This document shows positions 12,716 to 27,693 of a stretch of DNA of 64,000 nt, piece after piece. Every line of letters begins with the position of its first letter. Position 1 is the stretch's first letter. The notes beneath the pieces were generated by a model. The model was not told where the DNA came from, ran no database searches, and was given only the letters and a program-made list of their open reading frames with translations. Made by a program: the position numbers and the translations under genes. Origin of the DNA: Octopus vulgaris (lineage: Eukaryota); the NCBI GenBank assembly GCA_951406725.2, contig OX597816.1, positions 88,040,001-88,104,000 of the forward strand, read 5' to 3'.

Positions 12716-15700
12716 AAGAATATACTTTTCTTAGATGATGGAGTAAAAACAATAGATTTGTCCAGAGTTACAGTATACACTGTGTTGCAAGTTTTTGATT
12801 TTTGACGTCGCATCAACCCAAAGCCTACAAATGTAGATCCTTCAAGAAAACAGGATCCTTTCAATTCAATGAAGTTGAAACTACACCAACATCTAAGCTA
12901 GATAATAAAAACTTGAGTCTCATAACTTGGTAGGTTATAAATTCATTCTACCCTTGGGATAATAAGGGATAATAATCTCGTATTGACTGTGCATAGATTT
13001 CAAATCTGTTAATCCCCGTTTGATAGGAGCATGGTTTCGTTCTACCAGCCACTTAATCGGCCATACTTTCGTTTAACAGATTTGGAACGAAATGTCCATC
13101 GACAAACCGAATTTATGATCTATATATGAAACACTTTTTTTCCTGACATCGACTAACACCTATCCACGCTTACACACATGTCTATCACACATATACCTGT
13201 ATATTATACACAACGTTGTTTTTTACAAATAAACCAATGGTCATTGTAATTTTTTTCCATACAAACATACATGTGTGGACTTATGTGACTGCTTGTGTTT
13301 CTTTTCGGCTCTCCTTTTCATTTCAAGCATTTTATATCTTGCGGCAATGAAAAGAACACATTCGAAATCAAATTTTCAAACGCCCCAAGATATTTTGCAT
13401 TCGAGGATTTTTCTTAACATTATGTTGTGAAAGTAGTATTTTTAAAAACCAAGCTGTAAGAATTGTGTTAAAATGACAGAACAAAACCCCCCAAAATAAC
13501 TTGTTCTTGTATTCCTCTATTGTAGAGTGAACCACTTTAAAAGATACAATATAATGGGTGACAAAATTCAAACAACTGATTGAAACTTAACAATAATGAT
13601 CTCAATAGTTGAGCTAATTATTTATTTTTGCTTGTTTTTTCAAACTGTTGATTTCACTCCAATGATGTGACTATTCTTCTTGTTTGCTAGTTTGATTTAT
13701 ATTTATTTTGTGTCACATTTCTGCTGTTGTTATCAATGTCTTTGCCATGTTGATATGAATATTGATATGATATAAACATCGATCATTAACTCAAACGCTG
13801 TTTGTGTATAGATACATACATTTATACGCATACATACATTTTACACGTACACACATACGTTTTACACATAGACACAGACACATTCGTATATATATTTATG
13901 TATAAGCGCGAGCACACAGACGCAGAATATTGCTGATTATAAGATGTGAGAAAAACAGTGCTCAATATATGATTGTTATGTATAAATATTATATTAAATG
14001 TATTCTGTTGATGTCATATGTTCCATTCCTTAAATTTTTGATCTATGTGCAATCTTCGGATGATGAAAAATTGTATATGGAGTAAGAAGATGATGCAGAA
14101 CAATACATGTCTGTTGGTTGGACAATATGAGATGAGATTAATCAGAATGATATATAAATTGAAATGATTCAACAATAAATAACAGATGACGCAAGGAGAT
14201 AAACTGAAACACGTTGTAAATTGCGGCATACACAACGCATCCATTTACTCAGGTATAAGAGCAAAAAAAAAAAAAATCATATTTTATTGCGTAATAACTG
14301 TGATATTAATAGGACACAGAAATATAGCTCTCTTCAAACAAGAGTTGCATAGTGGCAATGACAGAAACGCACACACCACGGCCACAGTAGTAATTAAACC
14401 TTGTATGCAACCGATGGTTTGTAATTAGAATTCAACTGGAATGAACTTCAATGACAAGCTAGCTACAAGTCTGAGCCATAAGTCTGTAAACGTGAAACTC
14501 GATCACTAAAATTAAGCAGGCAGCTCAAGTTCCGATAGTTTGATATGACGAGGTATTTTAAATAGTCGCAGCCTGCAGCCGATACCCGTCTCCACATACA
14601 CACCCCTCTATCCTGATCTGATATCCTTGTCTTCTCCGGTTTACTGACTGGTTCGGTTCTCCACAGATAATGAAGGGAAATACTCATCCTCACGTAGAAT
14701 TTGGTAATATTAGTAGAAACAAGTGCAAATGAATGTTTGGCAATTTACAATTTTAATCCTAATATTTTAATTTGAATTTTAGCTAACATGTACTATATTC
14801 TGCGAAGATCTAGGTTTGTTTCATACGTTCAAAAACTTTTGCACCCGAATGTCTATGATTCAAACGCACCATCCCCCAAATTTTGAGCCTATTGTGTATG
14901 ACCAGTTTAAGGTATCACATCTATGCGTTGCAAAATGCAATAACATAACTTCGCTTTAAAGGTGGCTCATTAAGCCGTCCATTACTTACAGTAAACTTAT
15001 TGATATTTCAGATGTTCCTACTATGAGCAGCAGGGGATAAGTCAGAAATGAAAACTGACATTTAATTTCAAATCATAACTTTGTATCTAATAAAATTACA
15101 CACGCCTCATAATTCGGAACACAGACACTCTCAATTAACTCAGCTATCTTGAGTTATCCTGGCTTATTGACTTATTTTTAATGACCTTTTAAGCTCTATA
15201 TTTATTATTTTCCAATTTATCCTTTCTATATTATTTTCATTCCAGAGAGCGACGGGCCTGCAGAATCGTTATAGTTGAATAAAATGCCTTTGTTTGTTGT
15301 TTTTCTGATAAGGTAGATATAACAAACTCACAGTCAAATACTAGGGTCGATTTAATCAACTAACCTCTTCCCGTAAGTTTCTGATCTTATGCCTTGTGTT
15401 TGAAACAGCTATGATCACCCTGCCAAGTTCCGTTTCCCTTTAATTTATAATTAATATTTCCATTAATTACATTGTTTGTTTTTTAAATCACTGCTAAGCA
15501 TTCTTCTTCATTATTAATTACTCTTTGATTTCAAACATCGATATTCGCCTCAAATTTTGCCCTTCCGCTTAATTTTATTGCAAATTCCTTCATTATTCGA
15601 AAATTATATGTGAAATATCTTCCTTACAACACCTGTTATTTATTCCTGTATTAATCTATGAGTTCATAACACCTGATATACTACAAACAATGAACGTTTA

Positions 15701-15974
15701 TATCTCTCAGCCATCACCTCCGTAGTTTACTGATTTTCCCTAACAAATTGTTTGTGTCAGCTGAAGGAACGTTCACTTGTGGAAACACTGAACACTAGCA
15801 TAGGACAGAAAACACAGGAGCCGAATACTTGAATTTCGCACCCTGAAATATACAAGGATTGCATCGGAAATACTGCATAAGTGTTTATAACTTTTTTATT
15901 AACTGACATAAGCTGTTCAAATTGTTCATGTTAGTAAATAACTTCCACTATAGAACCTCTTCTCCCCCTTCCAG

Positions 15975-16495
15975 GAAAATAATGGGATTCAGGCAGAAGT
16001 AATGTGCTGTCATTAAGTTCTTGATAAAGAAATGAAGGCAGCCTGAATTGATAAGAGTAATGCGCGTCGATTCCGGAAGAAGTTTAAAGACGGGTAAAAG
16101 CAGCATTAAAGACAAACCAAGTAATTGGAGACCATCGTCTTCGACCACTGATACGAGTGGACAATTTCATTCCTGCAGACAGTTGCTACACAACTCGACT
16201 ATAGTCACAATGTATTACAGATGACAATGAAAGACTTTGATTATCGAAAAAAATGTGCCAATTGGTTATCTCAACTGTTAACACATGATTTAAAAAATAG
16301 AATGGTGGAAATCTGCTCTGATCTATTAGGAGAGTTTCAAGCTATTGGGCACATTTTTTTTATCGATTTGGTGGCGGGTGATGAAACATGTCCATATCTG
16401 ATACGGAAATGAATGTTCAGTCTCTGCTTGTCAAAGGCCCAAGAAGTTCAAGAGCCAACGATCGGCATATAAAGACATGGTGACTCAGTTCTATA
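15975..16495 (+). mobile_element. Decayed mariner transposase fragment
   Basis: DYRKKCANWLSQLLT (cf. mariner WVPHEL-region motif RKVCARWVP), LVAGDET (first catalytic Asp, GDETW), then PKKFKSQRSA; multiple stops and frameshifts. Confidence 0.8.
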
Positions 16496-16583
16496 TTTAA
16501 GACATGAGGAATTATGTACATTATTTACACTATTTACATTATTTACATTTGACTGATATTTGCTCTCATCTTGTTTGTCGTTA

Positions 16584-16627
16584 ACACAACGTTTCGACTG
16601 ATATACCTTTCAGCCTTCATTAGGTGT
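16584..16627 (-). ncRNA. Minimal type-I hammerhead ribozyme motif, core mutated (CUAAUGA)
   Basis: Minus strand: ACAC-CTAATGA-A-GGCTG[aaaggtatat]CAGTC-GAAA-CG-TT-GTGT; helices I and II pair, AACGTT palindrome at helix III. Confidence 0.65.
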
Positions 16628-17179
16628 CTTGGGGAAATTTCGAACCTGGGTTCTCATTCCTTAGGTATTTTTCGATGTTGTTGTTGTTGTTGTTATTATT
16701 ATTATTATTATTATTATTAATCGAACTCAGAATATTGGGGTTAGTAGCCCGCGCTCTTAACCACTACACCACATGCCCACGGGCATATAGCGTAGTCTTC
16801 ACAATTAATTGGGCCGGCGGATTTCCAAGATGTAGTCTCCCAGATCATCACAGATCCTCCTCCTCCGTGTTTAACAGTTGGAAGAAGGTATTCTGGGTCA
16901 AATACTTCCTTTGGCTATCTCCACACGTATACTCATTGCTACAGTTTTATGACTTAGTTTATAAGGAAATCGAAAGTTTGCACGATTCTAAGTTTGCACC
17001 ACATTCCCTTAATCAAGCCGCGTCACTCAAATAACTCGGCCTCCAAGTTTATATGGGTGCCCTTATCTATCTTTCCCTGATAAATTTCTTCCTTTCATGC
17101 TTGCCCATTAATGGTAGACATCGTTTTCTTTTATTTAACAGTGACTAACTACTACGAGGTAGTGGATATATCTCTTCTA

Positions 17180-17900
<721 letters not shown>

Positions 17901-17979
17901 TTTCATTTGACTCCAAACAATATTGTTTTTACTCTAGCTTCTTCCTTACCAGTTCCACTCTTAATGTGTTTCTATTTTT

Positions 17980-18360
17980 TACACAAGGCCAGCAATTTCG
18001 GTAGAAGATATAGGTCGATTACATCGACCCAAATAATCTGTTAGTACTTATCTAATCGATTCCGGAACGATGAAAGAGAAAGTCAACCTCGGCAGTATTT
18101 GAACTCAGAACGTAAAGACGGACGAAATGTTGCAAATCATTTTACCCGAAGTGCTTACGATACTGCCAGCTCACCGCCTTTGGTCTATCTCATATATTCT
18201 TTTCTACTCTAGACACAAGGCTCGAAATTTTGGGGGAGGGGGCCAGTCGATTAGATTGACCTCAGTACGCAACTGGTACTTAATTTATCGACCCAGAAAA
18301 GATGAAAGGCAAAGTTGACCTAGGCGGAATTTGAACTCAGAACGTATATACAGACGAAAT
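17980..18360 (-). mobile_element. Two SINE family A copies
   Basis: Cores gaaag(g)caaagt(c/t)gacct...atttgaactcagaacgta at about 18070-18180 and 18205-18360. Confidence 0.8.
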
Positions 18361-18599
18361 AAGTTCCATCTCATATATTATCATATTGTTTACACTCCGT
18401 TTACTTTCTTCTCATACCTAATATTTAGTTTCAAATAGCTGAGTGGTCAAGGACTTGACAGACTGATCCTCTGATTAGTCACAACATTATTTTACACACA
18501 CACATATATAACCTTAACTAAAATAAATATTCTCGGGTGAATCATATCGAAATGCGTCATTGCACGTCTTAATCTTAATCCATATATATATATATATAT

Positions 18600-18723
18600 A
18601 TCCATCCATCCATCCATCCATCCATCCATCCATCCATCCATCCATCCATCCATCCATCCATCCATCCATCCATCCATCCATCCATCCATCCATCCATCCA
18701 TCCATCCATCCATCCATCCATCC

Positions 18724-18754
<31 letters not shown>

Positions 18755-18795
18755 TATTATTATTATTATTATTATTATTATAATCATTATAATTA
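18600..18795. repeat. (ATCC)n followed by (AAT)n/(ATT)n microsatellites
   Basis: Direct observation. Confidence 0.97.
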
Positions 18796-19287
18796 TCTTA
18801 ATAAACAGATATTTCCTCTCTAATTCACGAAGTGAATACTTTGCCTTAAAGTGTGGTTCGTCTAGTTCAATATGCAGTGTATCCAGTCTGATTTGGTATC
18901 TATTGAGTTTTATAATTATATGTCCATAGCAATTGTAGCTGATGAGCCGTAGTTTGTTTAATGCACTGATTGCTTCGTTAATTAATGTATTTAATCGTTA
19001 AGGGCGAATCTTCGTAGTACGGGAATGACTTATCATTTTTGAGTTCTACAATCAACGTGCTAAAATAAGAATTAGTTTCTTCATGGTTTCAGGTTTAACT
19101 CCTATTTCTAGCGTGTAAGAAAACCACTTAGTGGATTTTCCCCTTCGTGTATAATTATTATACACACATATAACATAATCATATATATATACACTCTTCC
19201 TGTTTCTTGAGTAACGCTGCGATGGACTGGCGTCCCGTCCAGCTGGGGGGAACACATACGCCTGGCTCGGCTTGAAAAGGGCGACAA

Positions 19288-19333
<46 letters not shown>

Positions 19334-19402
19334 TAATCCAAACAAGAAAGCACAAGAAAAAACATAACAACGCGAGGACGTGGAACAAATATAGTATTAT
19401 TG

Positions 19403-19452
<50 letters not shown>

Positions 19453-19559
19453 GACTCTTCCGTCGAAGACGACGAATATGCATTCAGTTTTTTGCCTAAT
19501 GACCTGCACAAATGAATCATTTATAGTGACCAAATTTTCGCGCCACAAATTAACTTAGT

Positions 19560-19742
19560 CTCTCCATCAAATCGACGTTGTCTCAACAGGTGCATCGTAT
19601 ACACGCGTCAGGTGCCGAAGTGATCGCAGAGGCAACGTGAGATGAGAGTTTTGCTCAAGAACACAACGCACCACCCGGTCCAGGATTGAAACCACGATCT
19701 AGCGATCGTGAGTCTATTACCCTAATCACTAGGCCATGCGCC

Positions 19743-19745
<3 letters not shown>
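19560..19745 (-). mobile_element. tRNA-derived SINE (same family as 20990-21232)
   Basis: caacgcaccacccggtcca...gattgaaaccacgatc shared with 21160-21200. Confidence 0.75.
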
Positions 19746-19780
<35 letters not shown>

Positions 19781-19854
19781 TATATATGTATGTATAAACA
19801 TCTCTATATATCCGTGTGTGTGTGTGCGTGTGTATATATATAAATAAATAAATA

Positions 19855-20463
<609 letters not shown>

Positions 20464-20989
20464 TTATAACTCAACCGTATGAATTATACGTGCGTATGTA
20501 TCCATGTGTGTGTGTTTAGGGAGACAGAGTAAAAGAGAGAGAGAGAGAAAGAGAGGGTTAAGAAAAGAAAGAGGTATCTATTAATTTATTGATGTCTTGC
20601 TAAGATCGTGAATACTAACGATGGTTCATCAGGTGTTCTTATGGTGAAGGGGATTTATTTAATATTCCGAAGCAAGAAAGTAACAAACCATTATCTTGAA
20701 TTGGCAACAACGTTATAACACCTGAGTTAATGCATTATAATATTTACTTCGTCTTTCTACCTACTAAATTTAAATCTTCCTGCGGTGAAGATCGATAAGA
20801 AAAATAGTAACGGCAAGCGTAATGCTGTAGATCGTAACAAATATACTCACTCCATCGCAAAATTTACTATCGTGTCTAGACAGTTTTGTTCTTGTTGTTG
20901 TTGTTTAGCCTCAGGTCGTTTTGATGGAACAGATTTTATTTTTTTTTATTGAAAGATGTATCAGCCATAGCTGAGCAGTCGTTTTGCAT

Positions 20990-21232
20990 GTCTGTGAGTA
21001 AATTGTCCGTGAAATTTCTTATTCACAGTCGTAGAATGTAATTTGACGGTACTTTGTATCTCCATCAAATTGACGTTGTCTGAACAGGTACATTGTGTAC
21101 CACGCGTCAGGTGTCGAAGTAGTCGCTGAGTGACATGAGATGAAGAGTGTTTTCTCAAGGACACAACGCACCACCCGGTCCAGGGATTGAAACCACGATC
21201 GCGCAATCGTGAGTCCAACACCCTAACCGCTA
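20990..21232 (-). mobile_element. tRNA-derived SINE
   Basis: Minus-strand head cctagcggttagggtgttggactcacgattgcgcgatcgtggtttcaatccc. Confidence 0.8.
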
Positions 21233-21341
21233 GGTCGATCATTGGTTTCTTATTATGTCTGTTTTTTTCTCTTTTTGTTTTGAATATTTTTGTTACTGTT
21301 ACATTTGGTTTAATTTTGACTTCTCAAAAGCTATTAATATT

Positions 21342-21928
21342 TCTTTTCTACTCTAGACGCAAGGTACGAAATTTTTTTTTTGTGGGGGGAGGAGCCAGCC
21401 GATTAGATCGATCCCAGTACGCAACTGGTACTTAATTTATCGAATCCGAAAGGATGAAGGGCAAAGTCGACCTCAGCGGAATTTGAACTTAGAAAACAAA
21501 CGAAATACCTATTTCTATTTCTTTACTAACCACAAGGGTTTAAACACAGAGAGGACAAACAAGGACAGACAGACGGATTAAGTCGATTAGATCGACCCAG
21601 TGCGTAACTGGTACTTAATTTATCGACCACGAAAGATGAAAGGCAAAGTCGACCTCGGCGGAATTTGAACTTAGAAAACAGACGAAATACCTATTTCTAT
21701 TTCTTTACTACCCACAAGGGTTTAAACACAGAGAGGACAAACAAGGACAGACAGACGGATTAAGTCGATTAGATCGACCCAGTGCGTAACTGGTACTTAA
21801 TTTATCGACCACGAAAGATGAAAGGAAAAGTCGACCTCGGCGGAATTTGAACTCAAAACATGAAGACAGACGAAATACTGCTAAGCATTTCGCCCGGCGT
21901 GCTAACGTTTCTGCCAGCTCGCCGCCTT
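21342..21928 (-). mobile_element. Trimeric SINE family A with 16-bp TSD
   Basis: Three cores with a near-identical 182-bp internal duplication; TSD aaaagctattaatatt at 21326-21341 and 21930-21945. Confidence 0.9.
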
Positions 21929-22644
21929 AAAAAGCTATTAATATTATCTCTAAAGAAATACAGATTTAACCGCGGATTGAAACCACAACCCAGCTATGTA
22001 CTATCACGAAAGCCTCGACACAGTTGCTCGATCTGCGAACCTTACCGTTTTTAAAAGTGGGAATATATCTCGGATAAAATAATACGAAATATGCTATATA
22101 AGACAAGAAGATAACATGTCACAGCGAGGTCTCTCGAATGGCATGTACCTTAACTCGGCCATATATGCAAGCACAGTTAGAGACTATTAGGCTCTAAAAC
22201 AGCAATGTAAGTTCTCTAGAAATTTTACAAAGTACCCATATCAATCCAAACCTTAACATTTACAAACAATCTAGAAAAATACAAGACTTTCAAGAAAAAT
22301 AACAATAATGAGAACAATGAAAACAAGAAACATTGTAATCTTGTTTCCTATCGTCACAGGTTCGCACACATTACATTTCAAACTAAACACTTTGAATCAC
22401 AAAAATAAAGTTTGTAATGATAACACAAAAATCTAAATATTTTCCAATACGACACCAACAATATTACATGGGAGTAAAAGAGTATGGTATCACTCTCAAT
22501 ATTCAAGTAGCAATAATTTTGAAAACATCTTCACCGACGATAGACCGAACAACAATCACACCAGATATGTAAATTAAACCTGATACATCTTTTCAAATGT
22601 GGCAGGATCTTGTAACATGTCTTTTTTAAAATAATTTTTATTTG

Positions 22645-22972
22645 TTTTAGTTATCAGACTGTGGCCATGCTGGGGCACCGCCTTGAAGAATTTCTAGTCG
22701 AATGAATCAACCCTAGTACTTAAATTTCTTGCTAAGCCTGGTACTTGTTCTATCGGTCTCTTTTGTCGAACAGGTAAGTTACGAGGAGTAAATAGATCAA
22801 AACTGATTGTCAAGCGGTGGTAGGGGACAAACACAGACTCAAAGGTAGACAGACACACACTCACACATATATACGACGGAAGACACCTACCCAAGGTGTC
22901 AAGCAGTGGGACTGAACCCGGAACCTTGTGGTCAAGAAACAAGCTTCTTACCACACAGCTACTCCTGCGCCT
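22645..22972 (-). mobile_element. SINE family B (internally deleted)
   Basis: Head aggcgcaggagtagctgtgtggtaagaagc and tail match the other B copies. Confidence 0.85.
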
Positions 22973-23187
22973 ATATATAAACCAATTTTCATCCAGTATA
23001 TAGATATCAACATATTGCATTCAAAAACTACTAGGAAACGGCTTGAAAGGCAGGCTTTCAAAATAACAATCGTAAAAACACAACAGTACAAAGCAGATTA
23101 ATATAATTAGCATAATGTACCAATAGCGACCGTCGTGACTGTCCTACCACGTTAGCTAGTCTGGTGGGACAATTAGTAGTCATACAA

Positions 23188-23580
23188 GGCGGCGAGCTGG
23201 CAGAAACGTTAGCACGCCGGGCGAAATGCGTAGCCGTATTTCGTCTGCCGTTACGTTCTGAGTTCAAATTCCGCCGAGGTCGACTTTGCCTTTCATCCTT
23301 TCGGGGTCGATAAATTAAGTACCAGTTGCATACTGCGGTCGATGTAATCGACTTAATCCATTTGTCTGTCCTTGTTTGTCCCCTCTGTGTTTAGCCCCTT
23401 GTGGGTAGTAAAGAAATAGGTATTTCATCTGTCTTTACGTTCTGAAGTTCAAATTCTGCAGAAGTCGACTGTGCATTTGATCATTTCGGTGTCGATAAAT
23501 TAAGTACCAGTTGCGTAGTGGGGCCGATCTAATCGACTAGACCCCTCCCCCAAAATTTCGAGTCTTGTGCCTAGAAAAGG
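23188..23580 (+). mobile_element. Dimeric SINE family A (young)
   Basis: ggcggcgagctggcagaaacgttagc head, B-box-like gagttcaaattcc, central gcctttcatcctttcggggtcgataaattaagtaccag (resembles the Nin/Deu-type conserved SINE domain; inference). Confidence 0.9.
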
Positions 23581-23589
23581 ATTGTCTGT

Positions 23590-25400
23590 GCAAATATACA
23601 CCATCCAACTATCAGACATTAACACTCTCACAACCACCTCTAATGCATTATCACTTGGTTTTTAATTAGAACACTCAAGAAGAGGTAACATAATAACATC
23701 ACAGCAAAAATCTCTGTACACTTTCAATTAGCCTCACCAACACATATACTTAGTTCGTAAGCCAGCTACAACAACATATCCCCATGTGTTATTTTTCTGT
23801 TCTAGCTATAACAACCACATGACAGATAATCAACCAACTCACCTCGAACAGTCTACCTTTTATCATCGCTACAAATTCGTAACTGAAGACACATTTATAA
23901 ATTTCAGCGAAGCACAATGGAATGAGTTCTTCAAAAAAAAAAAAAAAAGGACTTCCGTTTTTTCAGATTTCAACAACGCGAAAGGAAAGCAACCACCATA
24001 GACACTGCTATATATACTTTAACAAAATAATTACAGATGTATCTAAAAACATATCTTAAGAAATTGAACATAACCTCAGTTTAAAACATCATAACTTCCG
24101 ACCTCTGAGGAAAGTAGAGACAACTTTAATAATTGCACCGAATCAAAACCTGACTAAAATATATCTCGGTGTCAAATAACTAAAGAAGGAAGTAAGAAAA
24201 GAACCTAAATAAATAAATCATAGAATAGCAGAAATCATTGGAAAACATTTGTGTCCAACTAAAATTAACAATAAAATACTATATAAAAATAATGAACATG
24301 ATCCACGGCACCACCAGTCACGTCACACCCAAAGAACAACCCCGGAAAATATGCCTTCCTTGCATTATCAAACAAACGCTTTGATCAGTGATTTTCGAAA
24401 ATCAAACACTAAAATCGCATAAAGAGGAAAAACATGTCATAGCAAAAATTCCATCTGGTCTATTGAAAAGGTAATACAGGAATCTAAAGCAAAAGCCTCA
24501 AAGACAGACAGAATCAGAAACATACACCTGAAACACATAAGTATCAAAGTAAAGTAAATTAAAGTCCATTTACCAATATCTAGAACTAACATTGCCAACT
24601 CTGCCACACTCCCACAATCCGGAAGCTGAGGAAAATTATAATCATCAAACACCCCCTCTCTTCCGTCCCCTTCCTCCTCCAAAAAAAATTGAAGTGATAT
24701 AATGTCATATGGGTCTAATATCCTCGTATGCAGACACTCAGAAATAATCCTTAGAATGCTAATTTTTAACATCACTAACCGGTATACAAAAGTTCGAATT
24801 TCAACACGGACTTATCCACCGCAGTGGCCATAAACTTAACTAAAAGCATATGGCGTAAAAAATCAAAAACAAACAAACAAACACTCTCATAATACTATTT
24901 TACATCGCTGCCAGCAAAGCTTTTAACTTTGTTTCTAGCAAGCAGTCTACTAATACTCATATGAAACAAACGCAACACATATTTAAGAAAAAACACAACG
25001 TACTGACTGACTAGCAATCTACCTATCAAACCTAAGTAATTCTGAGATACAACACTTTTCTCACCCACGATTTTCAATCGATACCAATATAACCCGCCCC
25101 ATTCCCAAAATCCCTAAAAGAAACCCCCCATTCTCTAGAGCACCTCGAAACCTGACTCCACAACTTAAGACAGCTGCTACCAAGTCCACTGTGTCTACTT
25201 CTTACTAGCAGGACCAGAGAACATCAAATACAATGAACAATATAAACATAACACACGCATACATAAGACAAAAATCCCAGGAGTTACCATACAACTTAAC
25301 ATCATTCGAAACAGCTTAGAAGACAAGTAAAGAAAGCAACATGATCTAGAGCATTCACAGGAAGAAACAAGAACTATGGTGCACATGGACTAGATCTATT
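23590..25400 (+). mobile_element. Heavily decayed LINE ORF2-like sequence
   Basis: Strong A/C strand bias; LAGPENIKYNEQYKH near 25205 resembles the APGPDxI motif upstream of LINE RT domains. No intact frame. Confidence 0.35.
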
Positions 25401-25552
25401 ATTAAATATGTTAGTCCAACATGAGCTACTAATCTTACCACTACGATTAAAAATAAATTTGGACGGATACAAAACAAGGGTGTGTGTATGGGTGCGTGAT
25501 GTGCTTGTATGCATTTATACTTTGTATGTATCTGTACGCATGCACATATATA

Positions 25553-25782
25553 TTTCTTTACTAGCCACAAGAGGCTAAACATAGAGAGGACAAACAAGGA
25601 CAGACATAGGTATTAAGTCGATTACATCGACCCCAGTGCGTAACTGGTACTTAATTTTATCGACCCCGAAAGGATGAAAGGCAAAGTCGACCTCGGCGGA
25701 ATTTGAACTCACAACGTAACGCAGACGAAATACCGCTAAGCATTTCGCCCGGCGCGCTAACGTTTCTGCCAGCTCGCCGCCT
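25553..25782 (-). mobile_element. Full-length monomeric SINE family A with about 22-bp TSD
   Basis: TSD tatctgtacgcatgc(a/g)catata at 25529-25550 and 25783-25804. Confidence 0.92.
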
Positions 25783-26749
25783 TATCTGTACGCATGCGCA
25801 TATATCCGACGGACTCACGCAGAATTCTCGTCTACCAAAGTTCTCGCACCAAAATTTGGTCGGCTTGAAGCTATAGCAGACGACGCTTGACTAAGTTGCT
25901 GTACTATGGAATCAGATCGAACTCGGAACCACTTGTTTGCGAAGTAAGCTTCTTAACCACGCTACTTTACTCGTTCCAGATTTCTAAGAATGCTGAACCA
26001 TTTCACCTAATCGAACATCATCAATATTTTCAACTATCTTTAGTGCATATAATTACCTATTTCAACAACTATAGCGACAACTACAACAACAATTGAAACC
26101 TCCTACAGATTTACAGACGTTACTAAAAATGAAAAATCTATTTGATTGTCTGCTGGGTATTTGTGTAGTGATTTTGTTTAAGTAAACAAATAAGCAAACA
26201 TATAAATCAAGAATAGATTGTGAATAGTTTTGGCCGGTACGAAAGAAGTGGCTTTCTTGAAAATGGTATTTATTCGTTTATTCATAGAAATAATGTTTAT
26301 AAATAGTATTGTATATACCGTTACTAACAGATTTCAAAAAGCCACGGAAATAGCCGTATGAAAATATTAGCCACGGAAATAGCCGTATGAAAATATTAGC
26401 CACTATCTATCGTTTCAGTAAATAACAACACGCAATCTTCGTGAAATGATTAGCTACTTACTGAATAAGAAAGTGCTGTATATTGTTATTTTTGGTTTAT
26501 TTGTAAGGGTAGAATTAGAGAAGTTTGATCGAAGTGACACCAGAAAAATACGGGTATTCGTTTTAACCGACTTTAAAGAGTAAAAGGCAAATCTAAAGCC
26601 AGAGTAGTAACGAAAGTAAAGAGCGTTTCGTTTCGTTCGCTATTTCACTATTTCATTCCATTATCATTAGAGTAACCCATGTACTTATTAATTTTTTCGC
26701 CTTGCTCAAAGTCCATTACCAAATATTTTTAATTAAACTACAAATTGTT

Positions 26750-27150
26750 ATCGGTCCTTTGAGAAAAATACAGAAAGTAACTCCTGTTTATTGATAATTT
26801 GAATTCATATAAATATGACAAGATTCTGTCGGAGAGCTTACTAAAATCTATATATGAACTCAACTGAGATATCAGAATAGTATTGAATCAAACAAAATGT
26901 GTCTAAAGCTCTAAAAAGAACGAAATAATGAAAACGAAGAACATTAAATTTGATTTAAACATCGAAATCATAGAATTAGAAACGAACCACTCTTATAAGT
27001 TCATAGGAGTAGCGAATCTGATATGATACAGAGCATTGCAGAAGAGTCAGATTAATATTTAACTAACCAAGTGTTAGTGATAAGATATTAGGTTATTACC
27101 ATCATAAACAACAGCTTAAATATAATTCAGAAATTAAGATAGGAATATTA
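26750..27150 (+). mobile_element. Decayed RT fragment of an RLE-type (R4/Dong-like) LINE
   Basis: DIRIVLNQTKC (cf. DIxMxFGxxKC) and SYKFIGV (cf. YKYLG) in broken frames. Confidence 0.4.
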
Positions 27151-27214
27151 GAACTGTTGACTTGTATTTCATACTCATTGCTCTGAATATGATAAACGAG
27201 ATAGCCCTGCCACT

Positions 27215-27262
<48 letters not shown>

Positions 27263-27279
27263 TGTGCACAAACATTTCT

Positions 27280-27693
27280 TATTTCTTTATTGCCCACAAG
27301 GGGCTAAGCATAGAAGGGACAAACAAGGACAGACAAACGGATTAAGCCGATCATATGGACCCCAGTGTGTAACTGGTACTTAATTTATCGACCCGAAAAG
27401 ATGAAAGGCAAAGTCGACCCCGGCGGAATTTGAACTAAGTACGTAACAGCAAACGAAATACCTATTTCTTTACTACCCACAAGGGGCTAAACACAGAGGG
27501 GACAAACAAGGACAGACAAAGGGATTTAGTCGGTTACATCGATCCCAGTGTGTAACTGGTACTTAATTTATCGACCCCGAAAGGATGAAAGCAAAGTCGA
27601 CCTCGGCGGAATTTGAACTCAGAATGTCGCGGCAGGTGAAATACCGCTAAGCATTTCGCCCGGCATGCTAACGTTTCTGCCAGCTCGCCGCCT
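27280..27693 (-). mobile_element. Dimeric SINE family A with TSD
   Basis: TSD tgt(g/a)cacaaacatttct at 27263-27279 and 27696-27712. Confidence 0.9.

Noticed and set aside
20590-20638. Minus-strand CTGATGA followed by a short hairpin
   Set aside because: No GAAA or cleavage triplet downstream.
21342-21928. Regularly spaced repeats that could suggest a CRISPR array (also 62727-62815)
   Set aside because: No unique spacers, eukaryotic context and no cas genes; explained as a SINE multimer and a MULE terminus.
26340-26403. 29-bp tandem duplication agccacggaaatagccgtatgaaaatatt
   Set aside because: Real but trivial slippage duplication.
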